From: Trichoplax sp. H2
Lineage: Eukaryota
DNA: 61,620 nt
Direction: 5' to 3'
NCBI GenBank assembly: GCA_003344405.1
Contig: NOWV01000291.1
Span: 1 to 61,620 of the forward strand
This document shows, piece by piece, positions 41,937 to 54,161 of the stretch. Positions within the stretch are counted from its first letter, which is position 1. Every line of letters begins with the position of its first letter. The notes under the pieces were generated by a model that saw only the letters and a list, made by a program, of their open reading frames with translations, ran no database searches and had not been told where the DNA came from. Made by a program: the position numbers and the translations under genes.

Positions 41937-43092
41937 TATGATGCATTACGTTATCATTAGTTGGAAGCTGATTCATGATTCCTATTTCTTAACTTTTTAA
42001 CAGTCAGTGTGAAATGAAAATCTTACTGTAACTTATAAATACCAGCTTTAAATATACGCATCTATGATGTATATGACTTATATATTTGTAAGTGTAATAT
42101 CTAAACTTCGATAAAACTTTATCACTTCTAAGTTATGATTTACTATCTTTTTGTGTATATACGCCTATCATCTATTACAAGGTAGCCGCCGGTTACTTTT
42201 ATTTAGCATTTCATCAAGTAGACTCATCATCCGAAGCATCTTATCATTTATTTAATACTTGTAAGGTGATATACTAGGCTTATGTGGCTGATTGATTCGA
42301 GTAAGTTAACTGACTCTACTCCCTCTTAATATGGCTATGATAAATTTAGAATTACTTAAGCATCTTTGACAAAATTGTATTGTACAATATACTCGGTACT
42401 CAATTGTTAGTACTCATTCTGTTTATGATAGTTCTTATTTAAAGTTGAAATGATATATTGTATAAGATGTTGCTAAAATCGAGAATAGTAGATCTATTTA
42501 AAAAATTAGGCCAATCTAATCCGTTCTAGATTATATCGATATTTTCATCCAGTACCCAACGTTTATAATAAAATTTGTAAAGAAAGCTGAACTTTTATAA
42601 CGTGTACCAATATCTTAATATTGTCTGTTGTGAAGTTTATCTATGAAGTTTTTTTATGAATTTACTGATGGTAGGCGTTCACTATAACACACGCTTCAGT
42701 TGGCTGTTGGTAAGATTTGCGAAAGTAAATTAGAGTGGTAGTAACGATGATTAGCAAGGCTTGTGATGCAAAACACATTATTCAAGAGTTACGAAAGTGA
42801 ATTACTGTAGTAATAACGACGATGCAAAATACCTTATTCATTGCTATACTGCTATTTTGCAAAATTGCATTTTCTACTTGCACTTTTGAGTTGCAATACG
42901 TAAAAATAACCACTTTTCTACGCGTACAACAGTGTTATATATTTGTTTCACATCAACATCTATTGCGCCATTTAAATTATGTCATCTACAGTTTATGAAG
43001 AAATTGACAAATAAATTACGATGGTAGACTGTTAAAATTAATTTACTACTACTTGACAAGCAATAGCTAAATTAATGATCAAAAAAATTAAG

Positions 43093-43163
43093 TGCACTGT
43101 ACGGGAATCGAACCCGTGTCGCAAGAATGGGAATCTTGCATGATACCACTACACTAACAGTGC
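43093..43163 (-). tRNA. tRNA-Gly (anticodon CCC)
   Basis: Minus strand GCACTGTTAGTGTAGTGGTATCATGCAAGATTCCCATTCTTGCGACACGGGTTCGATTCCCGTACAGTGCA folds as a cloverleaf with A and B boxes. Followed by an oligo-T Pol III terminator. Confidence 0.97.
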
Positions 43164-44471
43164 GTCAAGCGTAAAATTATGTAATTTATAGTAATTTAAA
43201 GGAGCTGACTTTAATACGCTACTGCTCATGCTCAGACCTAGCCGATTTCTAGAGATTCAGTTCAGTATAGCATACTGTATCATACAGTAGCAAAGTTAAA
43301 GTAGCTACGTATGATAGCGTCCACCCACTGCTAAGTCTTTTGCACGTGAACGGTCTTGCAGCATTGCTAGCTGCAAGTTGCACGCAACTCTGCAGCTGCG
43401 GAAATTATTTCAATTTTAAATATCATCATCGTCGTTAATTCGTCATGTTTCGTTCACGTTCTCACTTCTCACACAGCTGAGTATAGCTGCAGATTAAAAT
43501 TTTACTCTATAGCTCTTTCACGTGTAGCTGATTAAGCTAAAGACTGCTCAAAAATGAAGCAGAAATTTTATTTCTGAAATTACTCTTGCATCGATTCGCA
43601 GGCAATGAATGGCTGCAGTAGTGGGAGCTATTGCAGATATCTTTCTACTAAACACATATTTAGAGTAGACATCTGACAGGTCAAAGTCCTCGTTCAGATG
43701 CCATTTGAAGAGGGTTCTACTGAAGTAGTTAGATCTTAAATACATTGACGATGCTGCTAATGAATGCGCACAATACGCATGTCTTTTATTCATCGGCTAG
43801 TGCTAAAACTGCGTAGTGCTTAAGCATATAATTTAGTAAATACAACTTGTTAAAGCGCCAATAACAACTGCAATTAGCTGCATCACCATTTATGATATAA
43901 TAGCACCAGATTTAAACATGACCAATATAAATTCATTTAGCTATCAGTATGGAAAATTGCATATTCATGTTGAACTAAATATCAGTCTGTATCGAAACAA
44001 GCTAGAACAGCACTAAAATGCGTGAAATTCAGCCATTCAATTACAAAAATATTGGTATACAGTACGGTATATAAATATAGAAGATAATCCTATGTGTAAG
44101 ATTTCATACAGTACTAAATTATTCTCTGTACAACATCAATTTTGACATATTATACTGTAATTATCAGCAATTTACTGTTACTGCATCACTGTAACAAATA
44201 CAGTACAGATTCTAGCATGGAATTTCGAATCCGATTAAAGCGAATTGAGGCCGTAAATTGCATTAGTAGTACTGTACAAATTAGACAACATTTCACTTTT
44301 GTATTCATTCCACAATACAATTACTATACGAGTAGATGCGATCAATGACAAGCATCCGTACTGAAAGAGTAGTACTATATCATGCCAAAGTAAGATAACT
44401 CCATCATCGTGTACAGTGTATAAGCCGAATTTCAAAATATTTCAAAAAAACTGCATTATTTACGATAGTTA

Positions 44472-44951
44472 TTAAAATCCAGTTTGCTTTTTCATAAGAT
44501 TTTCCGATTTGATTTTGATTTTGTTCAACTTTCTGAAATAGGCTCTACTACCAGTTTCCAATTGACTTAGAGAAGCTTTGGGTTTATCTAAATCCCATAA
44601 CCACTCTGGATATTGGCTATCGTCTAGAATGGTTGGGTCCTCGCCTTCTTTAAAATAATTCGCTCCTTTGCATATATCTTTCAATTCTGAAGGCATTTTT
44701 AAATCCACCGTCGCAGCTGGCTCATCGCGTCGAAAATTTCTCTTGCCTTTACTTTTTTTCTTGCTTTCTGTAAGTTAAAAAAGAATTGGTTACTAACAAA
44801 AACTTTGTGACAGCGAAGTAAGGAAGTTGATAGTACCTGGTTTTCCAGCCTTGCTTGCAAACTGTGCCGCATTAATTCCTCTGAGTAAAGAAATCGGCAA
44901 AGGTCTGATCCTATGCAGCGTGAAACAGACTGCACAAGCACTGGCAGCCAT
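44472..44951 (-). CDS. MRPL54: Mitochondrial ribosomal protein mL54, ~136 aa, 2 exons
   Basis: Exons 44951-44837 and 44767-44472. Presequence-like N-terminus and signature CKGANYFKEGEDPTILDDSQYPEWLWDL. Confidence 0.9.
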
Positions 44952-45377
44952 GTTGTAAATTGCAGCAGCTGAGCTTTGCAGACCAGGAAAATGACGATCA
45001 CCGCGGTCCACTAGTCAACTGTAGTATTATACTATACTACCGTATATCATTTGTACTCTAGTATTTGGCACAGTATACTGTTTTCAGTATTGCATTCTAC
45101 ACTAATCTATGGTTTTGTATGGCGTACACTACTGTACAGAGAGGACATACGGACGTTGAGGCCATCATCCGAGCTAATAAATCGCTGCAAAGCATGGACA
45201 TGCTGCAGCTTTCCATCTATCGCTTTGACAATAACAAGTTTAGAGCTTAAAAAGAGATCGTTGTACAGTATGAACTATCTCAAGTCTGTGGCAATGTGTT
45301 GAGATAGAATAGGGACCGAAATTGACAATAAGAACTGAAGTAAGTTATTGGTAATAATTATAATTATAATCGATGCA

Positions 45378-48279
45378 ATGGCGCAATTCATGCAGCAGCA
45401 ATTAATGCTATGTGAGGCTCGAGATAGAGGAAGCAGCAAGTGTCGCCTTAATCATGAGATAGTTGCATTACTGGGTAGCAATATTAGGATCGGCAGCTTC
45501 TTAAAAATACAAAGTGATCAATGTTCCTTCTTGTGTTCGGTTTGGCCTACGAGAAATTTGCAGAATGCGATTCTGATCGATCCTATCATGATGTGTGATC
45601 GAACGCCACAGCGTTGTACAAATTCACCCTACGATTTTAATGTTTTCAACAGAAAATTATCGATCCCCTGTACCGGCATCAGTTTAATCGAAAGTAGCCC
45701 TGCTGAATGGGTAAAGATAGTAATAATCATGTCGAAAAAGCAGTTAAAAAAGCGTTCTTCTGTCAGCGATGATGCTATCCAGAAGTTGATTCATTACTTA
45801 TTGCTGGATAAAGTGGTTACAATTGGTACTGTCATGGATTGTCAACACTGGCCTATATCGAAACAGACTATGAAATATATCGAAATTGTCGAGGTCGAGC
45901 CTTCATCAAAATTTGCATTAGTTAATGGCCAGACAAAAATTCTGATATCATCATGCGTTAGACTTCCATCGCAAGTTGAAAGGATTAATATTGGTGGCCT
46001 AGACAGTGTAGGATCAATGCTAAAGGATTTAGCTAAAGTTAACTTTCAACATTGTCACGAATTTAAAAAGTTAGGCTTACCCTGTGTAAAAGCTGTAATG
46101 TTGCATGGCCCTTCTGGGGTTGGTAAAACTCTACTAGTTAGAAAACTAGCTCAAGATCTCGATACTGCGTTGGTAAGACTAAACGGTGCAGATATATATG
46201 CAGCATATGAAGGGGAGAGCGAAAAAAATTTGCAGAAATATTTTGATAAAGCTTGCCAAATTGCAAGAAAAGAATGCTGCATACTATTTATCGATGAAGT
46301 TGATGCTCTATGTCCAGGTCAAGATAACGACAGTGAGAACGCGAGTGAGGAATATCAGGTGGTGTCTCTTCTGGCTTCTTTATTAGAAGAGGTAAAACGC
46401 GAAAATTTGCTATTCATCATAGGAGCAACAAATCGACCGGAAGCCATTTCTCCATGTTTATATGGTCCGTGTAAATTCGAACAAGAAGTAAGAATGTGAT
46501 ACAAGTAATTATCTGCACGATTCTTAAAATGTAATTACTGTATGGGATTCTGAATTTTACTACTTGCTACTTTTTCTAGATTTATATTGGCATTCCCAAT
46601 GTCAGCCAAAGAGAATCGATATTGCAGCTATATACAAGAGATTTACACTTAGATGCAGATGTCAATTTAGTGGATCTAGCTGAGATGTCGTGTGGGTATG
46701 TCGGCGCTGACTTGAAATTACTTTGTAAAGAAGCCATGTTTATGGGACTGGAAAGAATGGGCAAGACTACAGCTACTATCGATCAGGAGAGTTGTCAGTT
46801 ATGTGCTAAGGATTTTATTAACGCTATTCATCGAATAGTCCCATCAAGTAGGAGAGCTGCAATTGGAACCGTAGAGCTTAAAAAGATTAGTTGGGATGAT
46901 ATTGGTGGATTAGAAAACATCAAGTTAAAAATTCAGCAGGTAATCTTAAATATCTTAAACATTTAATACCTCTGAATAACGTTGAAATAATATATTGTTT
47001 GCTGAATTTTAAAATTGAAGGCTATAGAATGGCCATTAAAATATCCCCAAGCGTTTGCTAGGCTTGGGCTTCCTAGGCCAAGAGGTGTGCTTTTATTTGG
47101 CCCTCCAGGTTGTAGTAAAACTACTTTAGTCCGTGCAGCTGCCAGTAGTTGCCACGTCACATTCCTTTCATTAAGTGGTGCCCAATTATATTCTCCATAC
47201 ATTGGCGATTCCGAGCGTGCCATCCGTCAGGTAAACAAAAAGTTATCCCTCAACTATTTCTATGGATTACTGAAGCTCTAAAACTTTGTATGAGGCTGTC
47301 AGACAACTGTTTAAGTCTCGTTGTTAGAATGGAAAATGTAGTTGCTTTATTCCTGTGCTCTCCTATATTATGTAGGCATTTCTGCAAGCACGGACTAGCT
47401 CGCCTTGCATTCTTTTCTTGGACGAAATTGATACCATTGTAAGTCGAAGGCTTAAGAACAGCAAAAATAGCGTACAAGACCGTGTTCTCTCTACCCTATT
47501 AAACGAAATGGATGGTATTTCGACAGCACGCTCCTATCATGGTTAGAACTATCTGCTTTATGAAGCACCCAACATATTGTTAAAAATAATATACTTACAA
47601 CGCATAATTTTGTATTTGTTAGCAACACCTGAGAAGAAAATGAAGGAAACTGAGCCTACCTTATCAAATGTAAAGGATGAAAGTAAACCTCTAGCGACAG
47701 CTATTTCTTCCACAAAGAAATCGAACTATCAAATAGATGATGGTGTCATTGTTGTATGTGCTACAAATAGACCGGATATGTTGGACGATGCTTTATTAAG
47801 GCCAGGGAGAATGGATCGTATTATTTATGTTCCTCCGCCAGAACGAGACGAAAGATTAAAAATTCTCAAAGTTCATACACGCTGTATGCCATTAGAGAGC
47901 AACGTTGATCTAGCTACGATTGCGGATACAACAAACATGTATAGTGGAGCAGACTTGGAAAATGTCTGCAGAGAGGTATAGCTTCAGAATTTTAAATTCT
48001 TACATCACCATTAATAGTGTTAATGTAGTAGTATCAATAGCTGGCCGACAAGTGTATTTAGTTTTTTGATGCAATAATGTAAGAATTTCTCCAAATTGTA
48101 TTGATTGATATCATTCTATTTAGGCTGCCATGGAAGCAATGAGACACAACGGGGTATCCGTAGAAAAAGTTAATAATCAAAATTTTATTCAAGCTGCGCG
48201 AATTATAAATGCTAGTTTATCGATTCCGCAACTCAATGAATATGAGAAATTCTGCCAACACAAATTACATACAAAGTGA
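45378..48279 (+). CDS. AFG2B: Double AAA+ ATPase AFG2B/SPATA5L1, ~784 aa, 6 exons
   Basis: Exons 45378-46487, 46580-46939, 47021-47230, 47376-47541, 47623-47975 and 48124-48279. N-terminal RGSSKCRL; D1 [15 protein letters not shown]2 [29 protein letters not shown] and LLRPGR, typical of SPATA5L1. Confidence 0.88.
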
Positions 48280-48989
48280 AATATTTATTTAAAATATAGC
48301 CTTAAAAGTTGTAATTTTATATCCAAATTTACCAATTGTATATGTTGTACAAAAGAAGTGGACACCCTACATTATCGATTGCGATGTTCTACCTGTATGG
48401 TAGTATGACAGACTATTTTAGTTTTCATCTGTTCTATCCATTTGCAAATACAACAACGAAAATCGCAAGTGATTACGAAAAACGTGAAATAGACACGATA
48501 AAATCGATTTAAAATTTTCACAACGTACAGTAAATACGTTTTACTTTCTATAAATGTATACACATTGTACATGATAATATTATAGGAACTAACTAATAAA
48601 TAAATAAATACCGCGATCTTTTGGCTTGCTTTCTCAGCAACTTTGTTACAACGATCTACGGTTAATTTGAAACAGTAGCTATAGCTGAACATATAGATTA
48701 TGACTTACTGCCTATCTGTTTACATGAGTAATTGAGTAGTTAATACGAGTACACACACGCCAATGATTTGAGAGTAACTCGAGACAGATCGAAATTTGCT
48801 ATCAGTCTACTTAATAAAGTTATGATTGCGTAACTAGACTAAGCAAGGTAACAAGCTCAGCAATGCGTATTTCCATATACTATTGTAATGTATGAACAGC
48901 ATGTAGCTGAAATAGGATTAGCAAAAAATCAATTTTAAAACTGTAGCACGACGTATGTGCAATTTTATAATTTCAACTGGTTGATATAA

Positions 48990-49676
48990 TTATTTCCACC
49001 TTTGCATTTCCTGGTAAAATTCAAATGCTGAAGTGACTGATTCCTCCGCTGAGGATATTTTGTTAGTTATTGGTTGAAAATCGAACGGAGAAACTTCAGA
49101 AAAATAATCATTTGGTAAACAATCATCAATATGAGTAATTGGTTCAGTGCTCTTGCTGATATATTTTGTCTTGGTAGCTGGAACAGTTTTCAGCACAGGT
49201 GCGGAATCTTCGCCTTCCAGAGGTAGCAAAGAGTGATATCGTTGCTGATTTCTGCCAGTGTTTAAGGCATGGCTTGCTTTACTGTTGACGCTTGCTTTGA
49301 TTTCATCAGTTAAAATAACGTCTGGTATATCAGAATTCTCTAATTGTTTTAACGTATTCCTAATCACTTTCGTCGAATTCAATCGAGGTTGACTGAGTAG
49401 AACTTGCCGATGTTGCAATAAATTTCCATTAGTTTCTCCATTATTACTACTCTTTTCTTTGCGTTGGGCAGGAATTTTTGTCGGGATACGGCTACCATTC
49501 TTTTCAGTTTTAAGGCTATCATTAGCAAAATTGACATGTTTCTTATTTTCATTGTCATGGCGTGTTACCTGGACACGAATTGGAGTATCTTGACGGTGTA
49601 CATCTTTAAATTGTTGAATAGGTGCTGGTGGGGATCTAATTTGCGGTCGTTTATTAAGGTAATCGCCTGTTGCCAT
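48990..49676 (-). CDS. PPP1R35: Protein phosphatase 1 regulatory subunit 35-like, ~228 aa
   Basis: RVxF-like KHVNF. PRLNST, ALNTGRNQQRYHSLLPLE and terminal AFEFYQEMQRWK parallel the PPP1R35 C-terminal domain (GLNVPRSKRLFRDLVSLQ, TFLMHRTLRRWE). ATG 49676 follows an acceptor-like TTTTTAATGCAG, so the longer ORF from 49958 is probably intron/UTR. Confidence 0.7.
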   Translation of the reverse strand: MATGDYLNKRPQIRSPPAPIQQFKDVHRQDTPIRVQVTRHDNENKKHVNFANDSLKTEKNGSRIPTKIPAQRKEKSSNNGETNGNLLQHRQVLLSQPRLNSTKVIRNTLKQLENSDIPDVILTDEIKASVNSKASHALNTGRNQQRYHSLLPLEGEDSAPVLKTVPATKTKYISKSTEPITHIDDCLPNDYFSEVSPFDFQPITNKISSAEESVTSAFEFYQEMQRWK

Positions 49677-50623
49677 TGCAGAGTCCTGCATTAAAAATAA
49701 TTCAATGAATGGAGAAACGGGTTGCACTAAGAAAAAACTACTACTAGAAGGAATGATTAATGAGTACAACGAGATGCGATGGCAATTAGCAGACCAGGAT
49801 AATGATAACGTTGAGCTGGAGAGTCTGTCTTGAGGAATGAAATGACCATCAAGCCACGGACATGATTGGAAACATTTAACGATACTTGTCTCTTGTAAGA
49901 ATATCAAATTCACAGAAGATAGAAGAGATTTAAGGTGAATAGGAGCCAATTTGTGCACTATGCCGTAAACGGAATATCAGGCTTTCTCCAGCTCATTAAT
50001 CTTTGGAATCTTGAAGGTTACGTTTTCTAGACCCTTGGCCTCCAAGTTTGATTTATCATCGCTTTCTTTCGTTTAAAATTTCCCGCGTAGTAGTAGACTG
50101 TACTGAAAGGTATCAAAAGCTGGATTGGAAAGCTAGATACCAAGCAAATGGAAGAATCTCACACTATTACTGGCTTTCTACTTAGTCTCTTTCAATAGAA
50201 TGCGACCAGCACCTTTCGCAAAATCACTTAAAGCCAAGCAAATCGGCTGACAAAGATTTTCATAGACTGGCAAAGTAAAACTGTCGAGATAGGCAGAGGT
50301 TAAGTAAACTTAATTCAAAATAAATTTCAGTCTGCTGTCGAATGTAGTCGAGTGTGTTGCATACTGAGCTCTACGACTACCGTAGAGTACGACAACCCTG
50401 TATGGCATCAACACTGGTGGATAGCCCAATTGCCAAGATCGCGCAGGTACCTCTGGCAGCTTTAAATCTCAGTTTTCCTTGCAAGTCAAAACGATACAAA
50501 TTGCTGTATCCAAATGACTTGTTGCGGTACTGTGGCACATCCACTATCCATCATACAAGTTTCTACACGAATCGCATCCATCGACTATCCAATTTCATAA
50601 TAATCCGCCCAGTAGGCAGTTTA

Positions 50624-51109
50624 CTAATCGTATCCATCTACTAATCCAATTTGATAATAATACATGCAGTAAGCTTTGCCTTTGGTAAGCCTATGTTAGT
50701 GTTGATCTTCATCTACCTACATTAATCGTATTCATCTACGATCCAATTTGATAATAATACATGCAGTAAGCTTTGCCTTTGGTAAGCCTATGTTGGAGTT
50801 GATCTTCATCTACCTACACTAATCGTATCCATCTACTATCCAATTTGATAATAATACATGCAGTAAGCTTTGCCTTTGGTAAGCCTATGTCGGTGTTGAT
50901 CTTCATTTACCTACACTAATCGTATCCATCTACTATCCAATTTGATAATCATACATGGAGTAAGCTTTGCCTTTGGTAAGCCTATGTTGGTGTTGATCTT
51001 CATTTACCTACACTAATCGTATCAATCTACTAATCCAATTTGATAATAATACATGGAGTAGGCCTTTGCCTATGGTATACATGAGTTGGTGTTGATCTTC
51101 ATCTACCTA
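50624..51109. repeat. Tandem repeat, 97-98 bp unit, 5 copies
   Basis: TAATCGTAT at 50625, 50723, 50820, 50917 and 51014, with near-identical units. Confidence 0.95.
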
Positions 51110-51344
51110 TTGGAAATCTTGCATATTTAATCCTACTTCTGTCGGCAGCTGAATATTCGAAAGAACTGTAAGTACCGAGTGCACGAGCAGTAGCTTATAC
51201 TCCTACTGGTTGATTAGCATGAGTACTTTTACTAGAATAGCACGCCAAATCAAGTTCATCCACTTTCCTCAACTACAAATAGATTAATAGTTTAGTCCGG
51301 TAATAAACCGGGTACTATCACGCCCAACCATGCTAGTCGATCCT

Positions 51345-52148
51345 CGAATCTTGGAAGATAGATATCGTTTAATTCGAATCTAATCTGTAAAGATAGATAT
51401 ACTTCTAATCTAGCCAGTAAAGATAGATATTCTTCTAATCTAGCCAGTAAAGATAGATATATTTCTAATCTAGTCAGCAAAGATAGATGTACTTGAATTC
51501 TAATCGAATCCGTAAACATACGCATACCTAAATTCGAATAAGTCAAGGTACGATTCGAGATGTTTGATTTCTAATCTACCCAGTCCTTATAGACATGTTT
51601 GAATCCTAATCGAGTAAGTGAAGATAGATGAATTATTCTCATCTAGTCAGCGAAGATAGATACGCGTTTACGTTAACCCTAATCTAATCGATGAAGATAA
51701 ATACGCTTCGTTCTAATTTAATAAGTAAAGATACTCGTAGATAGACGCGAAGATGCTTTAATCCTAATCTAGTAAGTAAACGTACAAATAAGTAGGTTGT
51801 GATTCTAATCTAATCAGTGAAAGATCGACATGCTTCAATTATTCCTAATCGAGTTGGTGTTCCTTTCTCATTTTACGTCTGATTCTGATGTAGTCTGTAG
51901 TAAAAGATAGATTTTAATCTCAATCTAATAGGTGGCGATAGGTACGCTTTTACTTTAACCTACAGTAATAATAAAGTGAAGATATAGTAGGCTTATTTTA
52001 ATTTTAATTTAGTAAGTAAAGATAAATATCAATGCTCTTTAATTCTAGCCTAGTAAGTGAAGATATACATATACATATACTTATTATAATCCAGGAAATT
52101 GAGATAGAATATTTTTTACTCCAAATCTAGTCAGTGTGTAAGATATAC
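51345..52148. repeat. Degenerate 30-50 bp repeat (TCTAATCTAG..AGT(G)AAGATAGAT)
   Basis: Near-exact 30-bp copies at ~51375-51490, grading into looser copies up to just upstream of the first oxidoreductase. Confidence 0.8.
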
Positions 52149-52257
52149 TGCTGTAGGCACTCTTTAAATTATAGCTTTAAAATGCTATTTCAACTCGTTT
52201 TATAGTTAATCGATGGTACGTAACCTTAACTAAACAACTTTTCTTGACTAGGAGAAC

Positions 52258-53452
52258 ATGACATCCGCTGGACATTTTGATATTGCCATTATTGGCCCTG
52301 GTTGCTTTGGTTCAGCATGTGCATACCACTGGCCCTAATGAACCCCAAGGTTCTCGCCGTGATAGTAAAAATTCCGTGTTTGCATCACATTACGATACCG
52401 GCAGAATAACTTACTGCTCTGGAACCAACCCAGTCTCACCTCGTTTAAATCAGAGATCAATCAATCGATACCGTCAAATAGAATCAGAAAGTGGTATCTC
52501 ATTTTTTAATCCTGTAGGATTTATTGCAATCGGTACAAAGGATAGCGAATTTATTCGAGTTACGGAAAAATGCCTTGATCAATTTAAAATCGAAGCTGAA
52601 ATATTAGACAGTAATCAACTTACAGATAAATTTCCTTATTTAACCATACCAAGTAATTACGTAGGTATCTATCAACCAGAAAAAGCTGGTTATATTGATA
52701 TTCGTCGTTGTGTGCAAGCTCAAATTAAAGTAGCCCAACTACAAGGTTGCATTCGTATCGCAGAAATTGTTGAATCAATTGTGGAAAACAAAGATGGTAA
52801 ATTAAAAATTTCTACAGAAACTGGTCGCTACATTACTGCTGATAAAATTGTTCTAGCAACCGGTGCCTTTACTAAGTGTAAGGATCTAATGGCAAGCTGG
52901 AATCGAAAATTAGATTTAGATGTAAGAAGAGAAACAACGGTCAAACTGCAAGTTAATGCCAAAGGCTTACAAGACCTAAGTACAATGCCATCCTTAATTT
53001 ATGCCGATGCCACTGAACCACGCCATGTGTGCTATATTTTGCCACCTATTAAATACAATGATGACGGTGTTTATTATCTCAAGATAGGCCACGGGTTACA
53101 TTATAGTAAAAAAATCGATCCTGAAAATCTTGTTCAATGGTATCATGGCTCGGGTGATCCTGACGCTGAGACTTCTCTGAAACAGATATTAAAAAAATTG
53201 ATACCTCACGACTACTTTACAGCTTCCAAGTGTGATAGTTGTGCTATTGCTCGTACACCTCATCGTTCTCCTATGATTGATAAAGTTGGCAACAATGTTA
53301 CTATCTTAGTTGGAGGTAATGGTGGATCTGCAAAATCATGCAACGAAATTGGCTACATAGGTGCATTGAATGTTTTACACCGCAAATGGCATTACGATAT
53401 ACCGGCGTCAGTATTTCAGGTTTGTTATGAAGAAAACGAATCAAAGCTTTAA
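52258..53452 (+). pseudogene. Sarcosine-oxidase-like FAD oxidoreductase copy 1, frameshifted near the 5' end (pseudogene, null allele or assembly error)
   Basis: ATG 52258 reads MTSAGHFDIAIIGPGCFGSACAYH and then stops at 52336-52338. About 12 codons present in the paralogs are missing at ~52330. The body continues in another frame (GPNEP...HYDTGRIT...ESKL*). Confidence 0.75.
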
Positions 53453-54161
53453 GGTGGTAGTCCCTATAGCTTACTGTAAAAATATCAACAACGCAACGAT
53501 ATTTTTATTATTCTGTTATTAAGTAACGCTGATTAAGCTATGATTAAAAAAAGGAATCCTTCCAATATTTCGAGGATATCCATCTTGCTCTACACATCCA
53601 GAACGCCAACAGTCAATACGATATTGGATGAAATTGCTATATCAAATGTGTTGTCTACTAACTCATTTATACAGTATTATGCGCAAAAATATTAACTTAT
53701 AGCACTTATTGATCAACCATAAGGTATCAGTGCAAGAAAAATAGACACTACGCTATTTTGGTATTATTTATTACTGGCATAAAAATCTTGATCATAAACC
53801 AACACGGTCGTGTTACACATTAAGAGCGCCAAATATTACCATGTGATTTTATAGTCTGTTAACAATTTAAGTTACCCTATGTTAAAATTAGCACTTGATG
53901 AAGATATCTTATCAGAAAATTTAATTAAATACTTTATCAATAAACTCATCCATCTTTTGATATACCACGGTCTATGGATTTAAACAACCTGTGCAAAATA
54001 CTGGTTCTTTATTTTAGTGAATATATAATATTTCAATAAGGATAATACCTAAGTGATTACATTTGATTATGTTGTCGCTTAGTTATCATCTTTAATGCCA
54101 ACTGTTGATAGAGAACAATACTTTGTACCGTCCTTTTAAGATGTAAAATAATGTGATGCAA

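Noticed and set aside
49677..49958. N-terminal extension of the 322-aa ORF
   Set aside because: GTG start, no recognisable homology, and a splice-acceptor-like site just before ATG 49676; probably intron/UTR.
51673..51683. TTAACCCTAAT, resembling a telomerase RNA template or telomere seed
   Set aside because: Single occurrence within the degenerate CTAATCTA array, with no supporting pseudoknot or H/ACA features seen.
52277..52330. Signal-peptide-like N-terminus MILPLLALVALVQHVHT in the ORF track
   Set aside because: It needs a TTG start and is the off-frame reading of the true GxGxxG-encoding N-terminus (ATG 52258).
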